A stretch of 64,000 nucleotides of DNA from a virus (lineage: Duplodnaviria > Heunggongvirae > Uroviricota > Caudoviricetes). Numbering within the stretch: position 1 is the stretch's first letter; every line of letters begins with the position of its first letter. The stretch lies in IMG/VR virus record IMGVR_UViG_2718218133_000001, one strand, 5' to 3'. A program made the translations under genes and the position numbers. The notes under the pieces are model-generated. The model saw only the letters and a program-made list of their open reading frames with translations, was not told the origin of the DNA and made no database searches. Of the stretch, positions 44,561-55,941 are shown in pieces.

Positions 44561-44760
44561 CAATCGTAAAAACCCATACCGGTACCGTGATCACCAAAGA
44601 TGGCCCGAAGGTAAAAAAACTGCACCAAACAGAGCGGATGTGGGTCGTTGGCAAAAACGAGTTTTACCACAAAGAAACTGGACGCCGCCACTTTGCAGAA
44701 AATACGCGCCGTCGACTGCTGTTAGACACCATCAAGCCTATCGAGGTGAAGCATGTTTAA
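44557..44760 (+). CDS. small hypothetical protein
   Basis: 67-aa ORF, overlapping stop/start in operon. Confidence 0.35.
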   Translation: MTIVKTHTGTVITKDGPKVKKLHQTERMWVVGKNEFYHKETGRRHFAENTRRRLLLDTIKPIEVKHV

Positions 44761-44992
44761 ACAGAACGAAAAGGCTATCGCTCAAATTGCTGATTATATC
44801 CCGCGTGCGTGCCGGGGTATGCAGTTGCAGGAAGCCAAAGCGCGCCTGGAGAAAAAAATTGCGCTCTATATTGATGACGGCTGTGATGCTGCTGTTCTTA
44901 ACGCAGCGTTCGCGCCAGCTCTTAACAGTCATACGCGGGAGTCTTTTTTTTCGCGCATCGCAGCGCAGATCCGTAAAGGAGGCAACCAGTGA
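44753..44992 (+). CDS. small hypothetical protein
   Basis: 79-aa ORF, overlapping stop/start. Confidence 0.35.
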   Translation: MFKQNEKAIAQIADYIPRACRGMQLQEAKARLEKKIALYIDDGCDAAVLNAAFAPALNSHTRESFFSRIAAQIRKGGNQ

Positions 44993-45636
44993 GCAAGATT
45001 GATTATCAAAAGCTTCGTGAAATCGCTGAAAAAACAAAAATTGCTGGTGAAGCACCTGTAATGCCTTTCGATCAGCGAATTAATGCGCTTAACGATTTTA
45101 TGAAGCACTTTTCGCCAGATATCGCGCTGGCATTGTTGGATGAACGGGAAAGAAACCAGCAATACATCAAACGCCGCGACCAGGAGAACGAGGAAATTGC
45201 GCTAACGGTAGGGAAGCTGCGTGTTGAGCTGGAAGGCAAAGACAGCAAAATAGCCAATCTTACCGCCGAACGCGATGCTCTTCGTGAAGGTGAGATGGGC
45301 GACGCTAGGCATAGCAACACACGGGCCGCAGCTGATATCTACTTCCAACTGGTCGAGGAGTGCGAAATTCCTGCTGGCGGATCTCTGGTCGAGTACGTTG
45401 ACGATATGCGCGAGAAGCTGGAAGCCGCAGAGAAGCGCATTGCAGAGTTAGAAAGTGGTTCTCAGGCACAAAAGTTAGTTGAAGCAATCATTGTTGCGAT
45501 AGAAAACGAACAGGAAAGGCTTTTTGATGAAGATTACCTAATGGATTCGAAAGAATGCATTGACGTAATTCGTGAAGAAGTAAAGCGATGGAATGATTCC
45601 CGTGCCGCTGGCATTCGCATCAACGGAGGTGAGTAG
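44989..45636 (+). CDS. Ead/Ea22-like coiled-coil protein
   Basis: N-terminus MSKIDYQKLREIAEK typical of Ead/Ea22 family. Confidence 0.5.
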   Translation: MSKIDYQKLREIAEKTKIAGEAPVMPFDQRINALNDFMKHFSPDIALALLDERERNQQYIKRRDQENEEIALTVGKLRVELEGKDSKIANLTAERDALREGEMGDARHSNTRAAADIYFQLVEECEIPAGGSLVEYVDDMREKLEAAEKRIAELESGSQAQKLVEAIIVAIENEQERLFDEDYLMDSKECIDVIREEVKRWNDSRAAGIRINGGE

Positions 45637-45808
45637 TGCGTGTGGCATGTATCGGCTTGTTACCGTACCCGACTCGTTTTTGGGCTTCTGCGCTAATTGC
45701 AAAGCCACATGTCCTGATGGCTGACAACATCATCCCGGCACCAAAGCGCCGCCATACCGGTATTGCAGCGGCACGACGAGCAGCAAAGAGACGCAGGAGA
45801 GCAAAGCG

Positions 45809-45997
45809 ATGAAAAACCGTAAAGCAAAGATTCTGTTAGTTCGTAGAAACGCTCCTGGCGTCTGGCAGTGGGTGAGACTCAGCAACCGACGGATGGGGTT
45901 AATGAAACATTACGGGATGATGGATTGTGGTTTTTGCAAAAAGCCCAGCGCGGCGCAAAACCGCTGGAAAAACCACTTGCGTACTAAAGGAGAGTGA
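45809..45997 (+). CDS. small basic hypothetical protein
   Basis: 62-aa ORF with AGGAGA RBS. Confidence 0.35.
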   Translation: MKNRKAKILLVRRNAPGVWQWVRLSNRRMGLMKHYGMMDCGFCKKPSAAQNRWKNHLRTKGE

Positions 45998-45998
45998 T

Positions 45999-46208
45999 AT
46001 GGCTATCGCTGCAAGTTACACCATGCATCTCTATTGTGACTGCCGTCAGTGCACGGAAGGTGTATATCCAGTGCCAGACTTCGGTGAGTATATAGGTACG
46101 TCATGGGCTGGCTGTGCAAAAGAGGCGCGCAAGGATGGCTGGCGAATAAGCAAAGACAAAACGCGTGCTTTTGCGCCCGGGCATAAAGTTTTGAGGATTA
46201 ACAAATGA
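45999..46208 (+). CDS. small Cys-rich hypothetical protein
   Basis: AAAGGAGAG RBS before ATG at 45999. Confidence 0.4.
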   Translation: MAIAASYTMHLYCDCRQCTEGVYPVPDFGEYIGTSWAGCAKEARKDGWRISKDKTRAFAPGHKVLRINK

Positions 46209-47482
46209 CCACTATAACCAAAGAGCGACTGCTGACAATCAAGCAGTGGCGCGAAACATACGGACCGGGTAGCAACGTTGTACTGCCAGCAGAAGAAGCG
46301 GAAGAACTGGCACGGATTGCTCTGGCATCGCTGGAAGCAAAACCAATAGGTGCATTCCACATTGCAGAACAGCAAGTTGACGGCACAAGTGACTACCTCA
46401 AGGATGGAGAATGGCCTATTGATAATGGAATTATTGAGGTCTACGCCGCTCCCCCCGTTCCAGTAGTACCGGAAGAAAAACCAATGCCTAACGCTCTAAG
46501 CATGCTTGAAAGAGAGATCACACAACTGATTGGTGATGCGCAGGAAGCCACTGTTACTGGCTATGAGTTAATCGCTGAAGCTTGGCGTTTGATGGATGGA
46601 CAAGACCCTAAAACCAGCGATTGGCATAGCAAGGCTTCGAAGTATTTAAATTCCAATATTGTAGAAAAAGTTGATGATGACCGTATTGAGGCTGTTAAGG
46701 CTGTTTTGCGTAGACTGGCTGGCAACTCTCCGGTAATTCCAGGTGAGGTGCTGTCAGCAATTATGAAGGTTGCCAGGGTTCGTGCCGATTTCGATGATTT
46801 TGACGGTGACAGGCGAGGTGTCGGTGATTGTCTGGATGAGGCTGAGCAAGAGCTTATCGTTACCATTAACAAATATGCCAGTCAGTTGGCAGCAGAACCG
46901 ATAGCGACTAATAACGTTCGAGAGCAGCAGACAGCCGTTCCGCCAGTTCCGGAAATACAGGATGATGTCGCGCAAGCAATTGAAAATCTCAAGCAGAAGT
47001 TAGTGGAATGCAATCGCTATAACTACTGCGCAGATGCAGTTAAAGGCGTAGAGGATGCCTGCCACGCTGCCATGCTTCAGGGTAGCCAACCTGTAAGCCA
47101 AACTTACAAGTTGCCAGTTAATACACCTTGCCAAGATGCGCCAGCCCATATCTGGCTGCAAACGGCTGGAGTATGGCCAGAAGATGGCGAGTTAAGCGAA
47201 TTAACGTGGTGCAGCCACAATCAGCACCATGATGACACGCTATATGTTCGAGCTGACCTTGTGAATGGCAACTCTCCGGTAACTCCGGATGGTTGGATAA
47301 GCTGTAGTGAGCGAATGCCCGCTCAAGATGATTGGATTTTAATTTATTCAAAGCACGGTGAGTATATGGCAGGACAGGTGCAAGGGGAATACGTAGAGTT
47401 GAGCGACGGCACTTTATCGTGGTTAGGGAACGCCTTGTTCTGGATGCTGCTACCAGAACCTCCCCAGGAGGCAGGTCAATGA
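46205..47482 (+). CDS. hypothetical protein with DUF551-like C-terminus
   Basis: 425-aa ORF; C-terminal WISCSERMP...LLPEPP pattern. Confidence 0.45.
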   Translation: MTTITKERLLTIKQWRETYGPGSNVVLPAEEAEELARIALASLEAKPIGAFHIAEQQVDGTSDYLKDGEWPIDNGIIEVYAAPPVPVVPEEKPMPNALSMLEREITQLIGDAQEATVTGYELIAEAWRLMDGQDPKTSDWHSKASKYLNSNIVEKVDDDRIEAVKAVLRRLAGNSPVIPGEVLSAIMKVARVRADFDDFDGDRRGVGDCLDEAEQELIVTINKYASQLAAEPIATNNVREQQTAVPPVPEIQDDVAQAIENLKQKLVECNRYNYCADAVKGVEDACHAAMLQGSQPVSQTYKLPVNTPCQDAPAHIWLQTAGVWPEDGELSELTWCSHNQHHDDTLYVRADLVNGNSPVTPDGWISCSERMPAQDDWILIYSKHGEYMAGQVQGEYVELSDGTLSWLGNALFWMLLPEPPQEAGQ

Positions 47483-47546
47483 GCTGGCCTGAAGCATTCG
47501 CAACGGTAGGAATTGTGATGGCGGCAGCACTGGGTTTGTATTCAAT

Positions 47547-47798
47547 TTGTCGCTGGTGGTAACGATGGGAAAAATAACTTTTGTAGTCGAATTTGAGGAT
47601 GGCAAAGAGCCACCTGTTAGCGCCAATCTTGATGTTGCTGGTGGCAGGCTTGTTTCGGTTCTATTTGGTGACTACCGAGATGACTTCTTCCAACCAGAAG
47701 AAGTTGATGTAGTGCGAGAGGCATTAAACGAGTTAAGTGTTGATAACGATGATGCTCATGCGGAAATCATCCAAAAAATGGAACTGCTAACTCACTAA
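47547..47798 (+). CDS. small acidic hypothetical protein
   Basis: 83-aa ORF. Confidence 0.35.
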   Translation: MSLVVTMGKITFVVEFEDGKEPPVSANLDVAGGRLVSVLFGDYRDDFFQPEEVDVVREALNELSVDNDDAHAEIIQKMELLTH

Positions 47799-47880
47799 AT
47801 TATCAATTATGGTGCTATCACCTACGACACCGAGAGAAAATTTATAATGTCAAAAGTAAATGTTTTGATTTTTTCAGCAA

Positions 47881-48270
47881 TTGTTGGCTTTGGTTTTACT
47901 GCCGGAGTGCAGATTTATATTACGTGGGAAAAAATCATCAACTACGCATGGAGTTGTTTTATTAAGTGAGGTAAGTATGTGGAGAGGTAATAGTCATGGC
48001 AAAAGCCAGATGATACTTACCGAATATCAGTTTGACCATAAAACCAATAAATCACGTTCAGTATATTTGCTTCGGCACAATAGCCGCGTAAGGAATACCG
48101 TGCTGGAGCAAAATCTGACTGTTGAAATGGATAATTACGGGGGCTTCAAGCCAACAATTTCGCTTGATGATTTTCCTCGTGGTTTAAGCGAAAGAGAAGC
48201 AATGCTGAAATTAGCAGAATGGCTACAAAGATTAAGCATTGCTATTGAAGATAACTGGTCTGAACCTTAA
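47881..48270 (+). CDS. hypothetical protein
   Basis: 129-aa ORF. Confidence 0.35.
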   Translation: MLALVLLPECRFILRGKKSSTTHGVVLLSEVSMWRGNSHGKSQMILTEYQFDHKTNKSRSVYLLRHNSRVRNTVLEQNLTVEMDNYGGFKPTISLDDFPRGLSEREAMLKLAEWLQRLSIAIEDNWSEP

Positions 48271-48276
48271 ATTTAT

Positions 48277-48651
48277 ATGATGACACTAAAACATTTTCTT
48301 GACCGCCCATTATGGGCGGCAGCCGCAGGCTATGACTTTAATTATATGGATTGCATGTCTTATACCGCCAATGCATACGACCATTCCTTCAGTCTGCTGT
48401 TTAATTCTTTAAGAATATTGCCGCAAACAGAAGTTGGAGAGCTTCATTTATGGCTATTGGGCTTTATCGCGGCTGTCGTTGGTATTGCTATATGGCCTTT
48501 TATTTTCTGGCTGGTGGCTGTTGTAGTGTGGGTTAAGTGCAAGACATACCGGAAAAAGTATTTCTTAGGTGATGGAATGACTGATATTGCCAAAATGAAC
48601 ATTGAAGAATGGACTAAGGAATGTGAAAAGAAATGGCGCAAAAAGAAATGA
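48277..48651 (+). CDS. membrane protein (2 TM)
   Basis: 124-aa ORF with hydrophobic helices. Confidence 0.4.
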   Translation: MMTLKHFLDRPLWAAAAGYDFNYMDCMSYTANAYDHSFSLLFNSLRILPQTEVGELHLWLLGFIAAVVGIAIWPFIFWLVAVVVWVKCKTYRKKYFLGDGMTDIAKMNIEEWTKECEKKWRKKK

Positions 48652-49283
48652 CCAGAATCACTGAAGAGCGCATATCAGAGATTATTTCCCGTATCGAAAT
48701 GTATGGTCACGGTGCTGGATATACGGCAGATGAAGTATTGGAAATAGCCCAGCAGATGCTGGCCTTGAGACAAAAAGAGCAACATGAAAGTAATACGTGT
48801 AGATTGAATTTTGAGCATTGGCTGGAACAGCAACGCGGGAAAATCGATGTGGACTGTGGTTGTGTGTCCACTGAAACATTCATGCACTGGCTGCGGGTAG
48901 CTTACGAGGCTGGCAACTATCCGGATATTCCGGATAGTTCGGTGCCAGCACCAGGAAAGGGCGTCACCGGTGAACGTATCCGAATTAAGCCGCATGTTTA
49001 TCGCGAACTGGTTAACCGTCTCCACGATACAGCGATCAAGTGTGCTGGCACCCAGCAATTACGAGAAAGAATTAGCCGTGTTTTGGGCGACGTTATTACA
49101 CCAGATCATCATAAACAAGCCGAGAAAAGTGGCCTGGAAAGGTGTCGCCTTGAGGCGGCATTAAACATTAAGCCGGGGCATACGCTTGGCATTATTGATG
49201 CACTATTGGTTCATAAGATGGCCAGGGCTTTATTGCCGCTGGTGGCTGAAAAGCATGAGGTGGACCATGCCAACGAAAGCTGA
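48633..49283 (+). CDS. hypothetical protein
   Basis: 216-aa ORF overlapping previous stop. Confidence 0.4.
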   Translation: MAQKEMTRITEERISEIISRIEMYGHGAGYTADEVLEIAQQMLALRQKEQHESNTCRLNFEHWLEQQRGKIDVDCGCVSTETFMHWLRVAYEAGNYPDIPDSSVPAPGKGVTGERIRIKPHVYRELVNRLHDTAIKCAGTQQLRERISRVLGDVITPDHHKQAEKSGLERCRLEAALNIKPGHTLGIIDALLVHKMARALLPLVAEKHEVDHANES

Positions 49284-49535
49284 ATTACAGGTGCGCGTAG
49301 ATGAGCTTGAAAAAGAGAACGCGAGCCTCAAAAAAATGCTGTCGCGGGCGGAAAGGGAATTATCAGGCAAATTATTGCCAGAAGAACTGCCACCAGCAGA
49401 TATACCTGATCGAGTGTCCTGGTGGATGAAGTATTTCCGTGCACCGTGGGAGGCGTTTTGGTGCTACGACCATCGCAGATGGTGTGATGAACTTGATAGC
49501 AATTTTCCCTACTTTGCGGAAGGGAACACCTGCCC

Positions 49536-49886
49536 TCAATGCAGGGGATAGCATTTGACGAAATCGATCACCCTATCCTGAACTTCAGAAAGAAGGTCTT
49601 TTTCACGCGCCAGGACGTCAGGATATTGACGTTCTGGCCTTACCAGATGCCGGAGCTTCCCATTAAGCAGAATGGCCTCAGAAAACACTTTTACGCTGTG
49701 CTTTATCCCCTCTGTTTCACTTTTCAGCGTCAAAATAAAGCGCAATTGCTTATTAGCCTGATTCGGATTCAATACACGAATTTGCAGTTCGTCTATGCTG
49801 TTCCGCAATGGGATTGATGCCACCACACTGGTGCAGTCTCTGATTGTCTGAATTGAACGGCTAACATTGAGAACGTTATTGTGCAT
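49536..49886 (-). CDS. hypothetical protein on opposite strand to surrounding operon
   Basis: 116-aa ORF; no motif recognised. Confidence 0.35.
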   Translation of the reverse strand: MHNNVLNVSRSIQTIRDCTSVVASIPLRNSIDELQIRVLNPNQANKQLRFILTLKSETEGIKHSVKVFSEAILLNGKLRHLVRPERQYPDVLAREKDLLSEVQDRVIDFVKCYPLH

Positions 49887-49918
49887 GTGCCTGATCCACT
49901 AACTCCTGGAGGTTTCTT

Positions 49919-50170
49919 GTGTCAGATCGAAATATAGCAGCTAAAAGCCAGGAAGAGCGAGACAAGGTGAACGTAGACCTTGCCGCCAGCGGCGTTGCTT
50001 ACAAAGAACGGCTGAATATACCTGTGATTGCAGAGCAGGTGGCCCGTGAGCAACCGGAAAACCTGCGCGCCTATTTCATGGAACGGCTACGGCACTACCG
50101 GCAGTTAAGCCTCCAGTTGCCAAAAGGGAGCGATCCGGTGTATCAGAACGAGGATGCACCAAAAAAATAA
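49919..50170 (+). CDS. hot: Hot, homolog of DNA polymerase III theta subunit (HolE)
   Basis: GTG start after GGAGG RBS; [32 protein letters not shown] resembles theta. Confidence 0.75.
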   Translation: MSDRNIAAKSQEERDKVNVDLAASGVAYKERLNIPVIAEQVAREQPENLRAYFMERLRHYRQLSLQLPKGSDPVYQNEDAPKK

Positions 50171-50257
50171 CGGCAAGATGGGGGAGAAATGTGATTAGCC
50201 CCCAGCGTGGCGCGCCTACAAACCCCGCTTTCACAAACTATGCCTTTTCAATGTATA

Positions 50258-50273
50258 CTGTATGAATAAACAG
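50258..50273 (+). promoter_or_regulatory. LexA box (CTGTATGAATAAACAG) upstream of humD
   Basis: CTGT-N8-ACAG consensus. Confidence 0.65.
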
Positions 50274-50293
50274 TATCATTGAGGTAAAACGCT

Positions 50294-50683
50294 ATGGGCT
50301 TCCCTTCTCCTGCGGCGGATTATGTTGAAAGCCGAATTTCTCTTGATCAGCAGATAATTAGACATCCTTCAGCGACCTACTTCATGCGGGCAGCTGATAG
50401 CCATCACCGTGAGGGAATATTGCAGGGTGCTTTGCTGGTGGTTGATTCCTCGCTTACTCCGGTTGATGGTTCTCTGCTTGTGTGCGCTATGGAGGGTGAA
50501 TATCGCATAAAGAGATACAGGAAGTATCCGCGCCAGCACCTGGAGGACTTAAGCACCGGGAAGAAAGAGGCGTTACCAGTAGATGACGATGGATACACGG
50601 GCAGTAATGCTGTTTTTGGTGTGATCACTCATGTCATCAATGATGCCCGAAGTGGGGAATTTGATGATTGTCCGGTTATTTAA
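50294..50683 (+). CDS. humD: UmuD-like S24 peptidase HumD
   Basis: 129-aa ORF, UmuD'-like sequence, SOS box upstream. Confidence 0.8.
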   Translation: MGFPSPAADYVESRISLDQQIIRHPSATYFMRAADSHHREGILQGALLVVDSSLTPVDGSLLVCAMEGEYRIKRYRKYPRQHLEDLSTGKKEALPVDDDGYTGSNAVFGVITHVINDARSGEFDDCPVI

Positions 50684-50723
50684 GCTGCAAAGTGCTGGTG
50701 CTTTATGCCTGTGAAGTTTATAA

Positions 50724-50748
50724 TTGTGTACACATAACGAGTACACGA
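50724..50748 (+). promoter_or_regulatory. phd-doc operator palindromes (GTGTACAC / GTACAC)
   Basis: palindromes immediately upstream of phd. Confidence 0.45.
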
Positions 50749-50755
50749 GGTGTTT

Positions 50756-50977
50756 ATGCAATCCATTAACTTCCGTACCGCGCGTGGCAACCTTTCTGAA
50801 GTGCTCAACAATGTTGAAGCCGGGGAAGAGGTTGAAATCACCCGCAGAGGCCGTGAGCCAGCAGTAATTGTCAGCAAGGCTACTTTCGAAGCCTACAAAA
50901 AAGCGGCGCTGGATGCTGAATTTGCATCCCTGTTTGACACCCTGGACTCCACCAACAAGGAACTGGTTAACCGATAA
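50756..50977 (+). CDS. phd: Phd antitoxin
   Basis: 73-aa [32 protein letters not shown]... matches P1 Phd as recalled. Confidence 0.9.
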   Translation: MQSINFRTARGNLSEVLNNVEAGEEVEITRRGREPAVIVSKATFEAYKKAALDAEFASLFDTLDSTNKELVNR

Positions 50978-51357
50978 TGAGACATATATCACCGGAAGAA
51001 CTTGTTGCGCTTCATGATGCGAATATAAGCCGCTACGGCGGCCTGCCGGGAATGTCTGATCCGGGTAGGGCAGAGGCCATTATCGGGAGAGTTCAGGCCA
51101 GAGTTGCCTACGAAGAGATCACCGACCTTTTCGAAGTCTCCGCCACCTACCTGGTGGCTACAGCGAGAGGGCATATATTCAATGATGCCAATAAGCGTAC
51201 CGCGCTAAACAGTGCGCTGCTATTTCTACGCCGTAACGGGGTGCAGGTATTTGATTCACCTGAACTGGCAGACCTTACCGTAGGCGCTGCGACTGGCGAG
51301 ATATCTGTATCTTCTGTCGCCGACACGTTACGTAGATTGTATGGTTCTGCGGAGTAG
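50977..51357 (+). CDS. doc: Doc toxin (Fic-fold kinase)
   Basis: 126-aa ORF, ATGA overlap with phd. Confidence 0.9.
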
Positions 51358-51361
51358 ATTA

Positions 51362-51541
51362 ATGGCACGTAAATACAACAAGTTGTCCCGTGAAGCGTTA
51401 AAGATGCTTCTTGATGGCGTGAGCCGCCGCAAGGTAAAGCAATACCTGGTTGGTAAGCAAATTGGAGTCAGGACCGCTATTGCTGTGTTATGCCGTCAGG
51501 AAATGGTTGTGCTTAAACAGAGAATGCCGGGCAGCAGATAA
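51362..51541 (+). CDS. small basic protein after doc (pdcA-like)
   Basis: RBS-supported ATG at 51362. Confidence 0.4.
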   Translation: MARKYNKLSREALKMLLDGVSRRKVKQYLVGKQIGVRTAIAVLCRQEMVVLKQRMPGSR

Positions 51542-51568
51542 AGCCCAATCAGTGATTAAAGGTGTGAT

Positions 51569-52612
51569 GTGAAAGCCATAATTACTCCCTTTGTACAGAA
51601 AGAGCTTGGCCTCGCCACGTTCAAAGTGGATCAGGAGGTCAGAAAGCTGGTGGAGGCTGGCCGTAAATTTATTATGGAGCCGGTGCCGCGTGAGTTAATC
51701 GAGCACATGGAAGACGGCCTCGTTGTTACCGAGCAAACCATGGCAACAAATGAGGCGTTGCAGCCGTTTTTTAACAGCGATGAACTGTTTCGCCGTATTG
51801 GTGGAATTGACTCGCTGGTGGCGTGGTTGCGTAGGAAAGAGGGTCAATGCCAGGCCGCAGATCGTAGTTGGTGTGACAACCATATTGTCCACGCTGAACG
51901 AGACAATAGCGCGGTGTTGTTGTGCTGGCATCACGATAACCATTACCGGATGCGTGGTTTTAATGAGCTGAAAGAAACGCTGCACAATAATCGCGTTAAC
52001 TGGATACTGGATGTCGCCCGTCAGGAAATGGGCCTTTCAAATAGCCATGATTTAAGTATTCAGGAGCTGTGCTGGTGGGCTTTCATGCGCAACATGATGC
52101 ACCTGATGCCGGAAGAAGTCTGCCGCATATCAATAAATAAGATGAAGGCTACTCCGCAGGATAGCGGACCTCTGAAAGAGGCGGATATTCGCCCGTATGA
52201 CGATCGCGCTACAGCATATGTTCAGATGATGGAAGAACGCGCCGCGCCGATGCGTGCAAAAGTATGCCCTGTGGATGTTGACTCCGATCCAGGTATGGCG
52301 CATTTCAAAATACCAAAACTTCAATCGCTAAAATTGCCCGAGTACATGGACTTTGTGGCTTCCCGTCCATGCTGTGGCTGTGGAGCTGCGGGAGCTGGCG
52401 CTCACATTACGCCTTATATCGTTCGTCATAGTCGATTATGCGCGCATGACATTTATGCTATTCCTCTGTGCCAGTCATGCCAGCGTGATATTGAGCGTGA
52501 CCGCGATAATTGGGAGAAGACGCACGGTAGGCTGGCGATGCATCAACGATTGTTCTTTGATTACGCGCTTGGAGTCGGCGCTATCACAAGTCATTCGTCG
52601 AGCGTTAGATAA
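51569..52612 (+). CDS. Cys-rich protein after doc (pdcB-like)
   Basis: 347-aa ORF. Confidence 0.5.
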   Translation: MKAIITPFVQKELGLATFKVDQEVRKLVEAGRKFIMEPVPRELIEHMEDGLVVTEQTMATNEALQPFFNSDELFRRIGGIDSLVAWLRRKEGQCQAADRSWCDNHIVHAERDNSAVLLCWHHDNHYRMRGFNELKETLHNNRVNWILDVARQEMGLSNSHDLSIQELCWWAFMRNMMHLMPEEVCRISINKMKATPQDSGPLKEADIRPYDDRATAYVQMMEERAAPMRAKVCPVDVDSDPGMAHFKIPKLQSLKLPEYMDFVASRPCCGCGAAGAGAHITPYIVRHSRLCAHDIYAIPLCQSCQRDIERDRDNWEKTHGRLAMHQRLFFDYALGVGAITSHSSSVR

Positions 52613-52620
52613 AATTGCTC
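52604..52620 (+). promoter_or_regulatory. C1 operator-like site (ATTGCTCTAATGTATTG) upstream of lpa, overlapping preceding stop codon
   Basis: partial consensus. Confidence 0.4.
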
Positions 52621-52700
52621 TAATGTATTGCTATTTCTTTAATCGAGGGTATTATATTCGACGTTGATTAGTTGACATGGGCTAATCAGTAGGTGACAGG

Positions 52701-53153
52701 ATGTTACTTAACTGGCAGGGACGCCACTTCATGGAAATAAATCACTCACGAATAACATCGTACGAGATTGCGGATTACATGATCCGCACTAAATCTCTTC
52801 TATCAGCGAAAGAACTCGCAGCAATTCTTGAAAAGGAATACCCGCATCTGGATGTCGATAAGCGCGATGTTTATCTGCGCTTAAAGGCTATCGCTGTGTC
52901 TAAGTATTCGTCTGTTTTGATTGATGACAGTACACGCCCACGTAGATTTCAGATCCACTCTCTGAATCCTGAATTCTTTCGCCGCAGCCGCGCTCCGCGC
53001 CGGTTTGATGAAAAACTCCAGAACGAACTCTATATGACGCAGGACGAAAAGGAACGCCGGGAGCACCAGCCTTGGGTGATGGCGCGTCAACTTTTCAATA
53101 AGGTGGTCCGTCAGCACCGTCATTACGGTAATGCCACATCCGCACGTATCTGA
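52701..53153 (+). CDS. lpa: late promoter activator Lpa (gp10)
   Basis: 150-aa ORF directly upstream of pacA. Confidence 0.55.
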   Translation: MLLNWQGRHFMEINHSRITSYEIADYMIRTKSLLSAKELAAILEKEYPHLDVDKRDVYLRLKAIAVSKYSSVLIDDSTRPRRFQIHSLNPEFFRRSRAPRRFDEKLQNELYMTQDEKERREHQPWVMARQLFNKVVRQHRHYGNATSARI

Positions 53154-53239
53154 TTGATTGCTTGCCCGTTCCGGGCCTTTTGACATGTGACTTTCGTTAC
53201 CCTCGCGTCAAAAAGAGTTTTATACGAAAGGAAGCATAA

Positions 53240-54433
53240 GTGACCTGGGACGATCACAAGAAGAATTTTGCTCGCCTGGCGCGAGATGGTGGTTACACCA
53301 TCGCACAGTATGCCGCCGAGTTTAATCTTAACCCTAATACCGCACGTCGTTATCTCCGTGCCTTCAAAGAAGACACCAGGACAGCGGACAGCCGCAAGCC
53401 AAATAAGCCAGTCAGGAAGCCTCTAAAAAGCATGATCATTGATCACGCTAATGATCAACGTGCAGGTGATCACATTGTGGCTGAAATGGCTGAAAAACAA
53501 AGAGTTAATGCTGTTGTCAGTGCCGCAGTCGAGAACGCTAAGCGCCAAAATAAGCGCATAAATGATCGTTCTGATGATCATGACGTGATCACCCGCGCCC
53601 ACCGTACCTTACGTGATCGCCTGGAACGCGACACCCTGGATGATGATGGTGAACGCTTTGAATTCGAAGCTGGCGATTACCTGATAGATAACGTTGAAGC
53701 GCGGAAGGCCGCGCGCGCTATGTTGCGTCGGTCCGGGGCCGATGTTCTGGAAACCACTCTTCTGGAAAAGTCTCTTTCTCATCTCCTTATGCTGGAGAAC
53801 GCCAGGGATACGTGTATTCGCCTGGTGCAGGAAATGCGCGATCAGCAAAAAGACGATGATGAAGGTACTCCGCCTGAATACCGTATCGCGAGCATGCTAA
53901 ACAGCTGTTCCGCGCAGATAAGCAGCCTGATCAATACCATTTACAGCATCCGGAATAACTATCGAAAAGAAAGCCGGGAGGCGGAAAAGCACGCTTTATC
54001 TATGGGGCAAGCTGGCATTGTTAAGCTGGCATACGAACGAAAGCGTGAAAATAACTGGTCAGTGCTGGAAGCGGCTGAATTCATCGAGGCGCATGGAGGA
54101 AAAGTGCCTCCCCTGATGCTGGAGCAAATCAAAGCCGATCTGCGTGCTCCTAAGACCAATACCGATGATGAGGAAAACCAAACAGCATCTGGCGCTCCAT
54201 CACTTGAAGATCTGGATAAAATCGCGCGAGAACGGGCCGCCAGCCGCCGCGCTGATGCCGCATTGTGGATTGAGCATCGTAGAGAAGAAATTGCCGATAT
54301 CGTCGATACAGGTGGTTATGGTGATGTCGATGCGGAAGGCATATCAAACGAAGCATGGCTTGAACAGGATCTGGACGAAGACGAGGAGGAAGACGAAGAA
54401 GTTACCCGCAAACTGTACGGGGATGATGATTAA
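53240..54433 (+). CDS. pacA: terminase small subunit PacA (contains pac site)
   Basis: 397-aa ORF, GTG start after AAGGAAG RBS; acidic C-terminus; internal pac hexamers. Confidence 0.85.
53433..53619 (+). other. pac: pac packaging site: two clusters of four TGATCA/G hexamers containing Dam GATC sites
   Basis: hexamers at 53433, 53440, 53452, 53467 and 53563, 53575, 53586, 53614. Confidence 0.75.
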
Positions 54434-55917
54434 TGGCCAGAAGTTGCGTAACGGACCCACGTTGGCGCGAGCTGGTGGCGCTATATCGTTATGACTGGAT
54501 TGCGGCCGCTGATGTGTTGTTTGGGAAGACACCAACCTGGCAGCAGGATGAGATCATTGAGTCCACGCAGCAGGACGGCAGTTGGACAAGTGTGACCTCC
54601 GGCCATGGTACTGGTAAATCGGATATGACGAGTATCATTGCAATACTCTTCATCATGTTTTTCCCCGGCGCTCGCGTCATTCTGGTCGCTAACAAAAGAC
54701 AGCAAGTCCTTGATGGTATTTTCAAATACATAAAGAGCAATTGGGCTACTGCTGTTAGCAGATTCCCGTGGTTGTCGAAGTATTTCATTCTTACAGAAAC
54801 GTCTTTTTTTGAGGTGACTGGCAAGGGTGTTTGGACAATATTGATAAAGTCCTGTCGCCCCGGGAATGAGGAGGCGTTGGCTGGTGAACACGCCGATCAT
54901 CTCTTGTATATCATCGACGAAGCGTCGGGTGTGAGTGATAAAGCATTCAGTGTGATAACAGGTGCGCTGACCGGTAAGGATAACCGTATTCTGCTTCTTT
55001 CCCAGCCTACGCGACCTTCAGGCTATTTCTACGATTCACACCACAGACTAGCTATTCGCCCGGGAAATCCTGATGGATTGTTTACTGCGATAATACTGAA
55101 TAGTGAAGAATCTCCGCTTGTAGATGCAAAATTTATACGAGCAAAACTTGCGGAGTATGGCGGTCGTGATAACCCCATGTACATGATCAAAGTACGTGGT
55201 GAATTTCCCAAATCTCAAGATGGCTTTCTTCTTGGTCGTGATGAGGTTGAGCGGGCGACGCGGCGAAAGGTCAAGATTGCCAAAGGATGGGGCTGGGTTG
55301 CATGTGTTGACGTTGCTGGTGGCACAGGACGAGATAAGTCCGTTATTAATATCATGATGGTGTCCGGCCAGCGAAATAAACGCCGTGTAATCAACTATCG
55401 TATGCTGGAATACACAGACGTTACAGAAACGCAGTTAGCCGCCAAGATTTTCGCAGAATGTAACCCAGAACGGTTCCCGAACATAACCATAGCTATTGAT
55501 GGCGATGGCTTGGGGAAATCGACGGCTGATCTAATGTACGAACGCTATGGCATTACCGTCCAGCGTATCCGCTGGGGTAAAAAGATGCACAGCCGTGAAG
55601 ATAAAAGCCTTTATTTCGATATGCGCGCTTTCGCGAATATTCAGGCGGCAGAAGCTGTAAAATCAGGGCGTATGAGGCTTGATAAGGGGGCTGCGACTAT
55701 AGAGGAAGCATCAAAGATACCGGTAGGGATAAATTCCGCAGGTCAATGGAAGGTGATGTCAAAGGAAGATATGAAGAAAAAACTCAACCTGCACTCACCG
55801 GACCATTGGGATACATATTGTTTCGCTATGTTGGCGAACTATGTTCCCCAGGATGAAGTGCTTAGCGTCGAAGACGAAGCGCAGGTTGATGAAGCTCTGG
55901 CATGGCTTAATGAATAA
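54433..55917 (+). CDS. pacB: terminase large subunit PacB
   Basis: 494-aa ORF overlapping pacA stop; ATPase and nuclease-type motifs. Confidence 0.8.
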
Positions 55918-55941
55918 CTCATTAACCATGCCGGATAGAAA

